A stretch of 64,000 bases of DNA, from contig NC_087436.1 in assembly GCF_036321535.1 (NCBI RefSeq), positions 116,872,001 to 116,936,000 on the forward strand, given 5' to 3'. The stretch's first letter is position 1. The number at the start of each line of letters is the position of its first letter. Below are positions 1-11,880 of the stretch, in pieces. A program made the position numbers and the translations under genes. The stretch is from Camelus dromedarius (lineage: Eukaryota). The notes under the pieces are model-generated. The model was not told the DNA's origin. It saw only the letters and a list, made by a program, of their open reading frames with translations, and made no database searches.

Positions 1-62
1 CACTATGCTGTATACAAGAAACTAACACAACATTGTAAATCAACTATGCTTCAATAAAAAAC
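1..62 (+). mobile_element. L1 3' terminal fragment (cetartiodactyl-type 3' UTR end with A tail), cut by the window edge
   Basis: TGCTGTATACAAGAAACTAACACAACATTGTAAATCAACTATGCTTCAATAAAAA. The same terminal motif recurs at ~5940-5987, ~43760-43814 and ~57450-57500. Confidence 0.8.
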
Positions 63-1296
63 AAACTGGCACTGTGTAAGAGAAAGAGTAGACTAGAAAA
101 TCCTGTTAATATAACAGCAAATGTATAAAATTAATATGCATGTGAACAAGGCTAGAAGGTAAATGGGAAAATGGGAACATTATCTTGATTGGTTACAAAA
201 AAGAAGAATCGATGTCATTCTTTGATACCAAGTCTCATGAGGCATCCTCCTAAAATGGTGTTATCTATTTTGTCAACAGTCAATACCTCTTTGCAATTTC
301 TCACGATATTTGCAAGCAATCACCATTATTCACCAAGTCTTTTTTTCCAAATCTATACACAATGTAAATCCCCCATCTTATCTTCTCTTAAAAAAAAATA
401 TCTGGAACCTAAAGTGTTAGTTCTTCCCCTCCCTCTCTTTTGGCAACATACTTAGCATTTTTAAAGAGTAGTTATTATGAATCTGGAGAAATTCAACTTC
501 AGTTTGAAACTAAAGTTAAAAAAAATTATCCAAATTTCTTATAGCAAAATAAACACATTTAAAATACTAGCTAAAATTGAAGTCTGGATGTAGAAAAATA
601 AATATTCATATTTAGTAATAACATAATAAAAATAAAATAACCTATTATGTATCAACAGTTTTATCATCTTATTTAATCCATAAATATGCAATGTCATCTT
701 ATTTACTCTCCACAGATATCAGGAGGTACCTGTGAGGCAGATTTTATTATTTCCAACCCAGAATTTATGATTTTGGCTCCTCTGTACTCATGGCCAAGTG
801 TGAACAATTAAGAAAGCTCTGTCCTTATAAATACTGTCCCCATCTGGGTAGATCCCCTAGACTTATGGGTAGAAAGTTCAATGGAAATTTACTGACCCTG
901 AGACCAGGGTTTATGGCATATATTTTGGAGGTTCAAATCCAAAGATAAAGTCCATCCTATGTGACCAAAGAAGAGCTCTGGCAGCTGCTTCTGGAATCCC
1001 CAGCATCTCTGCGTTTGCTTCCTCCTGCTCCCCCACAACCTTTACCTTTAATAAGGCTCTGCATGAAGATACCCTGTGAGGTCTCATGAGTCCTTTCAAT
1101 TATCCAACACTGCAGCAGTGACTCACACTGAAAAGTGAGCTATTAGCCAACTAACTTGTGTGGAATCCAACCATGCCCCATTCTCACACAGTCACTGAAC
1201 AATGGTTGTCAGAGTGGTCAGGAATCCACCCTTCTACATGCCGTTATGTTCTTCAAGGGGTGGGTCCAGCCTCAGGTTCAAAGAATGGATCCTGCT

Positions 1297-1473
1297 GAGG
1301 ACCAGCTACAGAATTCACAGAGTCCGGTGCAAAATAAAAATGGGGTCTCGTTATTCAAAAGTTATGAAAAATTTCGAAATGGTGACAGCAGAGCATTAAA
1401 CCAAGTGTAAGACCCTTCTGAACACGGGATCCTATGTGACTGCACAGGTCATGGGCACATGAAGCCAGCTCTG
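1297..1473 (-). mobile_element. MER91A-like non-autonomous hAT-Tip100 DNA transposon
   Basis: Reverse complement follows the recalled MER91A consensus over its whole length (CAGAGCTGGCTTCATG...GACCTGTGCAGTCACATAGG...CTTGGTTTAATGCTCTGCTGTCACC...GTAGCTGGTCCT). Confidence 0.75.
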
Positions 1474-1479
1474 GTCCTG

Positions 1480-1830
1480 ATCGAAGTACAACCAGGAATG
1501 CCATTCTGTTTGAAGACATGAATGGGAATCTTCCAGGAAGCTTCTAGAAGTTTTTTTCTCACTACCAAGAGCTACACACACGGGTGGAGTCCTGCTCTTT
1601 TCCCTTGGATCTTGTGCTGTCTGCAGGAGGTGACAGGGCCGCTGCATTAGCTGGAGGACAACACTGCTAGATCAAAGATGGCAGCCAGTAGAGACGGAAA
1701 GACCCACTTTGATGGCGGTCTAACGTCTGTGGCTCCCCTTCCCCTGGACCTCAGGACAGATGAGATCATACATTTCCTTGGTGATTAAACCAGCTTGGAG
1801 TTTTCTGTTCACCGGAGGTGAAGCCAGCCA
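1480..1830 (+). mobile_element. Old ERVL-MaLR LTR fragment (MLT1 family)
   Basis: MLT1-like segments AAGATGGCAG...GAGACGGAAAGA and TACATTTCCTT...TTAAACCAGCTTGGAGTTTTCTGTT. Highly diverged. Confidence 0.5.
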
Positions 1831-1864
1831 TCTCAATGGAATGGAAGGCATTCTAAAGTAGCTA

Positions 1865-1975
1865 CTACTACTCCTCATTTTACATATGGGAAAACAAAAA
1901 GCCAGAGAAGCCACCCTGCTCTCGGTCCTAAAGCAGATACATGACAGGGCCCGGACTTAGTCCCAGCTCTGCCTT
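1865..1975 (-). mobile_element. MIR SINE fragment
   Basis: CTCCTCATTTTACATATGGGAAAAC...CCAGAGAAG resembles the antisense MIR core. Confidence 0.55.
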
Positions 1976-2095
1976 GCCGTACACCTAGTTTTATATCGAT
2001 GGTGTCACTAGACGTGTGCTATGCAGCAGCCCTCCTCTAAAGACAGGTGCTTTTCAACTTCCAACATTTTCCCTGACAAAGGTATTGGCCACGTT

Positions 2096-2484
2096 CAATA
2101 CATTTATTATCTTATGGTCTGGAAACCCAAAGTCCAAAATGACCTCAAGTCAGGTGTCGGCAGGGCTGATGCCTTCTGAAAGGCTCCAGGAGAGAATCTA
2201 TTCCTCGCGTCTTCCGGCTGCTGGTATTCCGTGACTCACGCCCCGCGTTACTTAGCCTTTTCCCCCGTTTCCTTCATCACATTGCCTTCTCTCTGACTCT
2301 GACTCCTTCTACACCCCTCTCACAGAAACCCGTGTGATTACCCCATCCCTACCCAGGGAATAAAGGCTAATATCCCCATCTTGACATCCTTAACTTGATC
2401 ACGTCTGCAAAGTCCCTTCTGCTACATAAAGTTCCAGGAGTTAGAACAGGGCCCCTTTGGAGGGCCATTAGTCAGCCTACCATG
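2096..2484 (-). mobile_element. MLT1C/D-like MaLR LTR
   Basis: ATTTATTATCTTATGGTCTGG...AAGTCCAAAAT...GGTGTCGGCAGGGCTG...CTTAACTTGATCACGTCTGCAAAGTCCCTT...TCAGCCTACCA. Confidence 0.75.
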
Positions 2485-2559
2485 CCAATATAATCCTCTT
2501 TTTAAACTTCTAGTCAGACAGCATCATGAAATCATAGAGCTGGAATTTTAAGTTCTCTC

Positions 2560-2930
2560 GCTGCTGGAAATTCCCAACTGAGTATCTCATGGGCATACAA
2601 ACTATTTCTAAAATGGAACTTGCCCTTCTTCTAACCATCAGGCTCGTCTTGTTGCCACTCTGGTATGTGCTATCTCAGCAAATGGTGCAAAAATCTATAC
2701 ATTTGTACAAGGCAGAAACAGGAGGCATCCTGGATTCTTTCCTCTGCCTCACGCTCCGTTCCTTCCCCTGTTTCCAGGTAGACTCCCAAGTACTGCTAAC
2801 ACATAACCTCAAAAATTGTCTAGAAGCTGCTTCGTCCCTGCCACTGTCAAGTTTATACCCTCGTTATCTCTTCTACCTGGGGTCCCTGTCTCTATTTTCT
2901 CTCCATTCCAATACATCTTCTAAAGATCTG
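2560..2930 (+). mobile_element. L2 fragment
   Basis: ATCTCAGCAAATGGT...GGAGGCATCCTGGATTCTTTCCTCTGCCTCAC is typical of the L2 3' region. Confidence 0.55.
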
Positions 2931-2934
2931 TAAA

Positions 2935-3530
2935 AGAGTATTTCTTACAGCACTGTTAAAGCACCAAAATGTTGGAAATAGCTTAAATGTCTGAAAATAG
3001 AGGATCACATTTATAGTATAGTCATAGAGTGGAATCCTATACAGCACTGAAATGGATAAGCTAGAGATATGTGCATCAAAACTGATCACAAAAACATGAT
3101 ATTGAGCTAAAGATAGGTGACAGAATAGGTACGTTACGAATATATATATACAGATACATATACGTAACACATATACATATGTGTGTATAAAAAACACATG
3201 TGAGACAGTACTCTGTATTATTTAGGGATTATACATATGTAGGAAAGGTATGTAAACATTTATCAAAATGATGAGCACAAAATTCAGGATGAGGGTGACA
3301 CTAGCAAAATGGTGGAAGAGAAAGCTCTGGACCCTCCCTCCTCCAACCGAAATGTCAATTCAACAAAATACAGATCAGTTCCCTTTGTGAGAAATCCATG
3401 ACTCAGAATGACACTTTTCTCCAGGGAAGGATGGGGACAACGGGTATAGAAGGACAGAGGTGGCTTCGGGAGCACCTGCAATGTTTACATTTTGTTCTGT
3501 AGGCGGAACATACCTGAACTAAATACAGTA
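2935..3530 (+). mobile_element. Old L1M(E) 3' UTR fragment interrupted by a short L1 5' UTR piece (3293-3402)
   Basis: AGTGGAATCCTATACAGCACTGAAATG and AAATTCAGGAT are L1ME 3' UTR motifs. The insert starts GGGTGACACTAGCAAAATGGTGG and contains CAGTTCCCTTTGTGAGAAATCC. Confidence 0.55.
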
Positions 3531-3928
3531 CAGACATTAGGATTCTCTAAAGCTGGGTAGAGAGTAAGTGGAGGCTTGGTAAATACTCTGACAATATCTT
3601 GAAATACCCCATAATCTAAAAGCAGGTAGAAAGCCCCAAGAAGAAAGAAATTCACCTTCTGGCTTTTAAGAGTCTCCCAGCATAAATAACAGCTCCCACC
3701 CAAACAACCCAAAGTCGTTAGGCCCCGCCATGTCTTTTTCTTATCTGTTTATAATAAATGGAAGACAGTCAAAGACAATCAAAGATCACTGGACGTTTGA
3801 GGAAAACCTCTCATTGAAAGCAAGAAAATAAAATGAACTCCAACAAAAGAAACTCTAAAACAAAATTCTAAGTAGTATAATTATCAGAGAGATCAGAGCA
3901 TACACTGCATTCATAAAATTCTGGAGAA

Positions 3929-4015
3929 AATAATTATATATATTATACATATAATTATATATATTATAAATTATATATAATAATTATATATACATATATA
4001 TGTGTATATATATAT
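3929..4015. repeat. AT-rich low-complexity / (TA)n tandem tract
   Basis: ATAATTATATATATTATA repeated, followed by TA runs. Confidence 0.85.
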
Positions 4016-4126
4016 CTTGAAGATAAAATCAAGGAAATCCAGAAAGTAAACAGAAAGGGAAAGAAGGTAGAAAATATTAGAAAAGAGGTTGAGAGGCATA
4101 GAAGATCAATTCAGAACTTTCATTAT

Positions 4127-4129
<3 letters not shown>

Positions 4130-4165
<36 letters not shown>
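4130..4165. repeat. (AAT)12 microsatellite
   Basis: Perfect trinucleotide run, counted directly. Confidence 0.97.
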
Positions 4166-4167
<2 letters not shown>

Positions 4168-5563
4168 AGAAGATGACAGAAACAGATACAGTAAGGAAAA
4201 CAAGAATAAAAAAACAAGCAAACTTTGGAATTGAAGGACGTAAGTCTCTAGATTGAAAGGCTATATTAATTCCACAGAACAATTAAACAGATAAATAATA
4301 GATATCACCACAAATGATGAAGAGAAAAATCTAAAGGGTCCATAGAGATGGAAGGGGGGCAGTTTACCTACAAAGAAAAGAGAATCAGGTATCAAAATTC
4401 CCACCCCCACAGAAGCCAAGAAAACAATCGAGCTGTTCATCCAAAGCTTTGATGAGATTTTATTTTCAACCTAGAACAGCCCATTGGCACAGTGTATAGG
4501 ATGAAACAGAGAGCTTAGATATTTAAGGTTTCCAAAAGCTAACCTCTAAAACTCTTTCTAGTAGGTTATTTGAGATAGTCTCTGGAAAAAACAAACAAGC
4601 AACAAACGGAAAACTAAGGGATTCCTGCATCCAGGGTCTTAACACAGCAAAGAGGAAAGAAGTGAAGTCAAGTCACAAGATGAGGAGTGGGGAGCAGGTA
4701 CAGATGCCAGAGCAGCTCAGAACTGGAGGTCAAAGGGCGTCAGGGAGGAGATTGGGGAGCTAGGAGAGGGGAAGGGAACTTTGTAGGACTTCCCATTGGA
4801 CAGAGAGGTTGGGAAAGTTTTAAAATACATTAATTTTCAGTAATGACAGAAAACCTGCAAGTAGAAAATTCATGAAAATCAGAAACTCAGCAATAAATTA
4901 AGTTTCCTAAGTAGGCAATCACAATAATGTAACTATTTTCACTTCCTACTTGTATAATCTACAAAAAAGAAAAAGGACAATGACTTAGTAAGGGCTACAG
5001 AAGAGAGTGTAAATATTCAGCCTTGAAAATGTACAAGTAGAGGATACAGAGGCCAGAGAGGGAGGAGAGGCACTGGGCCGGTGGCAGGGGAGGGGGTGGT
5101 ACGCTTTATCTTACAAAACTAGGAGGAAAACATGTTGTCTCTATAGTGGAAAAAGAAATCAAAGTGTTAGCGCATTACTGCAAACTGCAAGGACAACCAA
5201 CAGAGAAAAACAAAGAAAGAAATGGCTCTGTACGATAATTCCATGGGATTCGTGTAAAAGCAGTCATTCCTCTTCTCTCATGGCAAAATAGAGAATTTCT
5301 AAAGTTGGTCAATCAAAAAAGAACATTAGACCCATATTATTTAGCTATATGGAACTAATCCTACGAGACAGCCTAAAGAATTAAAAGTGGAGTTGATTAA
5401 AAGCCCCCAGAAGAGTATCTGCCTGGTGTGTAGCAATCCTCAGTCAATACGCATTGAATGAATGGTTGAGAAGGGACGGAGTCTGGTGGACTGCCGTATT
5501 TTTGTCTTTCCATTCCATTGGAATTTGTAGCCACCTGCGCACATGACTTTAAAAGAATCTTAA

Positions 5564-5987
5564 CAGATAAAGACAAATACTTATCACATATATGGAATCT
5601 AAAAAATAAAACAACAATGGAAAAAAATCTGAAAAAAATAGGCTTATATATGTACTTGTAACTGAATCACTTTGCTGTATACCTGAAACTAACATGAAAC
5701 TTAAGTCAACTATTCAGTAAAAAAATTAAATTAAAAAAATAAATAGAACAAACTAGTGGTTACCAGTGGAGAGAGAAGGGGCGAGGGGCAAGATAGGGGA
5801 TAGAGATTGAGAGGTACAAACTACTATGATGCAATAAATAAACTACAAGAATAAATTGTACAGCACAGAGAATATAGCCAATATTTTATAATAACTATAA
5901 ATGGAGTATAATCTATAAAGTTTTTGAATCACTATGTTGTACACCTGAAGCTAACACTATTGTAAATCAACTACACCTCAATAAAAA
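5564..5987 (+). mobile_element. 5'-truncated L1 3' UTR with a second L1 3' end nested inside (~5615-5740)
   Basis: Host: AAAGACAAATAC...TGGAATCTAAAAA / AACAAACTAGTGGTTACCAG...TGTAAATCAACTACACCTCAATAAAAA. Nested copy: AACTGAATCACTTTGCTGTATACCTGAAACTAAC plus an A-rich tail. Confidence 0.8.
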
Positions 5988-7089
5988 CTCTATTATCTGC
6001 ATTTATTATACAATAAAATTTCTATGAAACAAAAAAATTATCAAAATTTTAAAGATTTGAACATGCACCTCACCCAAAGAAAAATTCATTATGTTTTAAG
6101 AAACAGATATCATGTATTGGTTTGAGAATAAATTTTGTATAAAATACAAATCAAAATACATTCTGCAGTACTGAAAATACAGTTTTCATTTATGGATATT
6201 TGGTATTTTTGCATTTTTCACTTCACTAGCTTCTTATCTATAATTGTCACATTTTTATCTATAAATGATGAGAATTTCCAACTAGCATTTGCAAGCACTT
6301 CTCTGCAAATACCACATTCCTATCATAGGTAGTCTTTATTTCCAACTAACATAAAGCCAAATTGGATAAAATTATCATATTGGATATAATTTTCTCTTTG
6401 GTTTATTTTTAACTACTCTAAGAATCTCAATATAATATCTATGAATTTGGGTCACATCCCTGCAGCTCAGGTTACTAGGAAAGCTGATCTTGAGGCGTGA
6501 ATATGCTGATAAATTATAATTTTTTGCCTCCTACGTTCTTGCATTTCAACATCAGCATTCTCTTGGCCTTCTCGTTTTGTCTATTAGTCATTATGAATTT
6601 TCATTAAATAATATGCAATTATAAAGAAATGGTTCAAAACTTCATACTGATTACTGTCCTGCAGGGCAACAGTGTTTAGCTGAGTGAGTGACTTGCCAGT
6701 TGAGTGCCTGATTCTGACTGTGTTCATCTGACCATCAGGAGCCATAATATGCATGAGAGCTCTCAAAGTGGTCTGTTTTAAAGGCAGCAAGAAGAGAAGA
6801 TACATCACCCTTCTCTTGAAGATTCCAATAAAAAATAGTGAGAGCGTCCCCATGGTAGAAGGAGGTGCAATGGGGCGTAACTTATATTGAGCTAGGAAAT
6901 TTTGAAGAGGTTGAAGCAGAAAAAGAAAGATCACTTCTATTTCTTCTGTGGACTTCTCCCTGAGTTGTTGCTTCTGCTAAATTATTTGAATTTATAGATC
7001 ACAACACATACTGTTCATTCTTCGTATCATTTTGGCTCATGCTTTGCCCATTCCCACCCTTGACTTTTCCAAGCAACACTGGATGGGTT

Positions 7090-7525
7090 CACATTAGGTT
7101 TTGCTGCGAGTGACAGGAAACCCAAAATGGCGATTTCTTTCCCTCTTACGTAAATTAAGTCAGGAGGTAAGCAGTGAGTGGCAGCTGTGATTGTCAGGAA
7201 CCCAGGCTCCTTCTACCTTGTTGCTCCACCTTCCTCAGCAATTCAATTATATTTACTTTCATGGTCCATAATGGCTGTTCAAGCTCCAGCCATTGCCTCA
7301 TTATCTCTTTTTTCAAGCCAATGGAATATAAAAAGGGGCAAAGACTTGCATATGCCGTCCTTTAAGAATACTTCTGAATGTTCTGTATACTCTAGTTCTA
7401 CTACTTTGCATTGACTAGAACTTAGGGACATGATCATACCTAGCTACAAGCAAGTCTTAAAAATTTAATCTTTCTTTTGAGCAGCAAGGAATTGTAAGAG
7501 GCTTATTACTAAGGAAAAGAAAAAA
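7090..7525 (-). mobile_element. MLT1J/K-like MaLR LTR
   Basis: TTAGGTTTTGCTGCGAGTGACAGGAAACCC...CAGGAACCCAGGCTCCTTCTACCTTGTTGCTCCACC...ATGGCTGTTCAAGCTCCAGCCAT...CATACCTAGCTACAAG. Confidence 0.7.
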
Positions 7526-8229
7526 GGAAACAAGTAGAAGATTCTGCTACCAATGTAATCTTAAACTAACAGTAAGTGCCAGTGGGCTGTCTGTGAATGT
7601 TTTACAGAGTACTCCCAAGGAAAGGAGCTTGAAAAAAGCCACATGCCTAGCTAAAGGTAGGCTTCTTGTATGGAAGAAGGGGAGAGTGGACTTTGGGAGA
7701 AACCTGACAGCCTCTAGTATGACCACGAACACTAAGTGGTGTGTATCAGGCTTCTCCTAAAGAGTCAGGGCAACAGAGGATGTTTACATGCAACATTGAA
7801 AAACTCTGATTGTAATCTTAAAAGTCTGTGACCATCCAGCTCCTGGGACTTGATCACAGGGCACTGGGCACCTGTTACCTCAGGGTGAATTCTCCAGCCT
7901 TCACCCCTTCTCACTCTCTGATCTTTTCTCTCAAGTCTTCAGAACCTCGAATTCCTGGAAGCTACATCAATCTGTATAAGAAATCAACTCTCTGCTTAGG
8001 TATGGAAGATGAGAGCCCAACGCCAAGGTCTGGAATTTTATTTTCCTTAACAAAGACAGTTCTTTCCCTAAGAGGATTTCTAGTTCCAGTTGTTGAAGTA
8101 AAGTTTCCACTCTGCTTAACTTGTTTGCTAAAAAAAATGGTCTAAATTTTTCTCTACAGGGTTCCTGGATCAATTGGAAAGATAAATTCTGGGGGCTTTA
8201 ATCCCCATACCAACAAGATGCACTTGCCA

Positions 8230-8340
8230 AACAGTCATTGATTCAGCAGCTATTGTGCTGGCCATGGTGCTGGGCGCTCAGTACACAAAGGTGAGTGAGA
8301 TAAAAACGATGTTTGTTCTCATGGGTCTTACCACCCAGCG
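8230..8340 (-). mobile_element. L2 3' end fragment
   Basis: TCATTGATTCAGCAG...TGTGCTGGCCATGGTGCTGGGCGCT...CTCATGGGTCTTAC. Confidence 0.55.
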
Positions 8341-8594
8341 CCATCTAGTACCATCCAGATTTTGTGAAGAGACAACAAGTGGCTCTTACGAGACCTGTCA
8401 CCCACACATTTCTTAGACACATAGCAGGAGTTTGGGGCTATATCCAAAACAAGAAAAAAAAATCCATATTGATGCTAAGTTGACCCTTCCCAGAGTTTGT
8501 CATCCATGATGCACGTGGACCTCACAGCACAGCAGTAGACTAGACTTCAAGAATGAATAGGGATGACAATAATAGCTATTATCGTCTAAAATAT

Positions 8595-8951
8595 TTTCAG
8601 TTTTTCGGGGCACATGGTAGAATAGCACTCCTGTGTCTCTTGCAGTTAGGTGTGGTCACGTGACTTGCTTTGGCTAATTAAATGTGAGTGGAAGTCCTTT
8701 ACCACTTCTATTTGTAAGTTTGAAGAGTCAGTGCTCAGGTGAGCCAACCTCTCCTTCTCCCACCTTGACAACCTGCCACACATCAGCTGGTGGCTGCTTT
8801 GTCAGCCTGGACTAAAGATGTCAAAGAGCTGAGTCCTCAGCTAGTCAATGATAGATACAATATAAGTGGAAAATTAACCTTTGTCTTTTTAAGTCACTGA
8901 GATTTGGGAGTTATTACTAGAGTATAACCTAGTTTAATCCTAACTGATGCA
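8595..8951 (+). mobile_element. MLT1H/I-like MaLR LTR
   Basis: CTTGCAGTTAGGTGTGGTCACGTGACTTGCTTTGGCTAAT...AACCTTTGTCTTTTTAAGTCACTGAGATTTGGGAGTT...CCTAACTGATGCA. Confidence 0.75.
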
Positions 8952-8989
8952 ATAGCCAAATCATCTATGCCTCTCAATAGAAGCATCCT

Positions 8990-9600
8990 TTTACGTCTTC
9001 TACAAAAGTTAACTCCTCTCATTCTCATAGGAAACAGATACTATTATTATCCCGGTAATTTTCCCAGATGCGAAAATTTAGAGATCAAAGTGTGGATTAG
9101 TTAAGTGTCAATACTCGGATCTGAGGATCCCAAGTCTGCTTTCATGCTCTGGTCACTCAAACCACAGTTTTGTTTCATTTTTCTCTTAATTAATAAATTA
9201 ATAAATAACTCATCTATCACGGGTGCCAGGCTCTCTGCCTTGGGCACTGGGAATACAAGGAGTGAAGGAGACAGACAATAACTTACTCGGTAGGGGAGGA
9301 GAATGAAAAGACTGAATGAAAAGACTTCAGTAAACAAACGCAAAATAACTTCAGTTCATTATGAAGAACACAAAACACAGAGATGTGATAGAATGAGGGA
9401 AGGTGACAGTCCTGTGGGGTGAAATTGTCAGAAAAAAAGGTGGGTTTTCATTTGAAGTGAGAAAGATGAGAGACGTCCCAGGCAGAGGGACCAGGCTAAC
9501 GAGGAGCAGAGGGAGGGAGCGAGCATGGCAGAGAGCACAGGCTGGTGGGCGGGTAAGAGATGCTGTTGGATCCTCTGTAGGGCTGGAGGGTTCTGCAAGC
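8990..9600 (-). mobile_element. MIR fragment (~8990-9165) followed by an L2 3' fragment (~9185-9600)
   Basis: MIR: CTATTATTATCCC...TTTTCCCAGATGCGAAAA. L2: GGTGCCAGGCTCTCTGCCTTGGGCACTGGGAATACA, CCAGGCAGAGGGACCAG. Confidence 0.55.
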
Positions 9601-10309
9601 ACTTTTCAGCTGGGGAGTGACTCGACCTCATCCGCTTTGTGGCAGGAGCTTTCCAGACGCGACAGGGTGCGTGAGGCGCTGGTGAGTGGAAGCAGGAGGG
9701 GAGGCAGGAGGCTACAGCAGCAGACTAGGGCTATTTACCGTGCAAGGCCAGCTCATCCCCTACGCCTATCCTTTTTGAAACTACGGACGTCTGCTGCGCA
9801 TAGCTAGAACGCAGCCGGGTCACAAGCGAGCATCCCCTGAGTTTGAGCACACCCCACAGTATTACTTTATTCTGTTGCGCAGATCACGCGCTTGGACGCT
9901 GCAGTCGGAATCTTATGAACGTCTCTAAGTGCTCCTCTTCCTTTCTGTATCCATCCCCTCCCTGGGGACCCGACACGGGGACTGGCCCCTGTCTACACCA
10001 CGCTTTGCCTAGCGCTGATCTAGGCGAGGGACGCTGGCTACTGGGACCAGCTTAGTCTCGGAAGCCGGGCCTGTTCTGTGCCTGGCACCGTGGTGTATCC
10101 TGGCGCCTCAAGAAAGAACAAAACCCCACTGATGTGTGTCCTTCTGGGACTTACAGCTCAGAGCCGGCGGCGCATGTTTATAAGTAAATCTAACACAATG
10201 TTGGGGAGGAGATGTGAACTCAATAGGAACGCCTTTAACCTCAAGCCATCTGAATCTTTCAGGGCGACATTTGCATTTGTTTAAATACAAATGTTACAAA
10301 TGTTGGTTG

Positions 10310-11045
10310 GAAGAGCGCAACGGAGGGTTTCCCCTAAGGCCAGAGCCCAACGCTACACTGAGCCCTCCGTGAATTCGCCAACGGGGCAAGTCCAGCCTCC
10401 CACGGTCCCGCTCCCAAGGCATAAGAGAAGCAAAAGCAAAGCGGCACAACGCGATTCTCGCCGGAGGTGGGTCGGAGGGAGGGCTGGCCGCCGGCTCGGG
10501 GGTGGGAGCAGGGGACAGGGCTGAATCCCCGACGGCTTGGAGAGCGCGGGGCCGCAGGTGCGCTGGCGCGGGGTAGATAGAGCTCTACACGCGCGGAGCC
10601 GGGACAGCCCGCCGCGCAACGACGCCACAGGCCGCCGGCGGTACTGCAGCGCTCGGCGGGCGCGGGCGGGGCCGGGGCGAGGTCCAGGCGGCCTCCCGTG
10701 GCTCTACCGGCCGCGCATGCCCGGTGCGCTGCTCGCGGCTGCCGGCTGGACCCAGCGGGCTGGACCCAGCGGGCTGTCCTGCCGATCTGGACGCGACCAA
10801 GCAGGGCGCGGGAGAAGGAGGCAGCGCCGCAGGGAGGCAAGGGGTGGCTGGAGCCTGAGCCTAACCTCAGGCGCCCTCCTCCGCCCCTACCACCTCCACA
10901 AAACGTTGCCCCAGTTACTCTTTTTGCACCAATGAGAAAAGCGTCTCAGAGACCGGCATAATTTGCCCAGGGCCACACAGCCGGTACAGATGAGTAATGG
11001 GACCAGGATTCGACTCTGCCGCCTCCACCTCCCGCGCCTCAGGAC
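10310..11045. promoter_or_regulatory. Upstream CpG island (candidate alternative or orphan promoter)
   Basis: Dense CpG and high GC against a CpG-poor background. GC box GGGCGGGGCC at 10664-10673, NRF1-like CGCGCATGC at 10712-10720, + strand donor-like GAG|GTGGGT at 10467. Confidence 0.8.
10905..11035 (-). mobile_element. MIR fragment at the edge of the CpG island
   Basis: ATGAGAAAAGCGTCTCAGAGA...TAATTTGCCCAGGGCCACACAGC...GGACCAGGATTCGACTC. Confidence 0.6.
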
Positions 11046-11754
11046 TGGAAGGAAAACTGAATTTGAGTATCTGGGCTTGGGACCTTGGGCAAGGAGGCCT
11101 TCGTGTCTCTTTCACAGATGAGCAGACTAAGGCTCAAAGTTACTACGCATTCTTGAAATATTTCAAAGTGTTCAAAAACAAACAAACCAGCCGCTTCCTT
11201 GGGTCTACTGTTTATGCATGGCCTTTACATGCCCGGGATTTACATGTCTTTGTCCTCGCCCCCTCTCCGTCTCTCCCTCTCGCCACCCTCCATCCCCCAA
11301 ACACTAGCATGAGGTTGCCAATCTGGCTGTTAGAGACCAAGCCGTCTTCCAAGGCAAAGTAGGGACAAGACCTTCCTCTGAACCACAGGGTCTTCACTGG
11401 CAGAATCCGAGTAAATGGCTCCCTAAAGTCAAACGGTTTTTAAGTGTGACCTCCTAGGATGACCTAAATCTACGCTGCCCTTCCTTCTTCCTCATTCGTG
11501 CACAACCTGTGCCCGTTTCAGGGTCTCTGCCCTTCTCTCTGTGTAAAGAAAGCTCTTTTCCATGTTCCTGTGCTGGGTCCTACTCATGGCTGAGAGCTCA
11601 GTTTCAGTCCCCTTCATTGAGCCTTTCAGCTCATCCTGTCTCTTGCTTTGCAGTCCCTTCCACATCACCCTACCCAGTTTTATTTTCCCCTTGGCCTCTA
11701 GCACTCCCTAATATTAATTAAATATTCCATTAATTGCTTGAGATCTACAGCCCT

Positions 11755-11880
11755 CAACAAAGTGAATGCTCCCTGAGAGCAGAGCCTCATCTGGTTCCTC
11801 TCTCTAACCTCAGACCCAGCCTGCGCCTGCACTAAATAGGCCCTCAACAAATGTTTGTTGAATTAGTAAGTAAAGGAATA
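11755..11880 (+). mobile_element. L2 3' end
   Basis: GCTCCCTGAGAGCAGAG...TAGGCCCTCAACAAATGTTTGTTGAATTAGTAAGT. Confidence 0.65.

Larger units (their letters stand above)
3720..5400 (+). mobile_element. HAL1 / old L1 ORF1-region relic
   Basis: A-rich ORF1-like tract: CTTGAAGATAAAATCAAGGAAATCC, GAAGATCAATTCAGAA, GAATTGAAGGACGTAAGTCTCTAGATTGAAAGG, TTATTTTCAACCTAGAA. No open frame. Confidence 0.6.

Noticed and set aside
6584..6934. 116-aa minus-strand ORF in apparently unique sequence
   Set aside because: Non-ATG start, no homology I recognise and no exon signals.
10353..10628. Minus-strand 91-aa ORF with a mitochondrial-presequence-like start and a hydrophobic stretch
   Set aside because: Starts at GTG with no in-frame ATG before the upstream stop (10704-10706). 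Arg/Leu/Ala richness follows from GC content.
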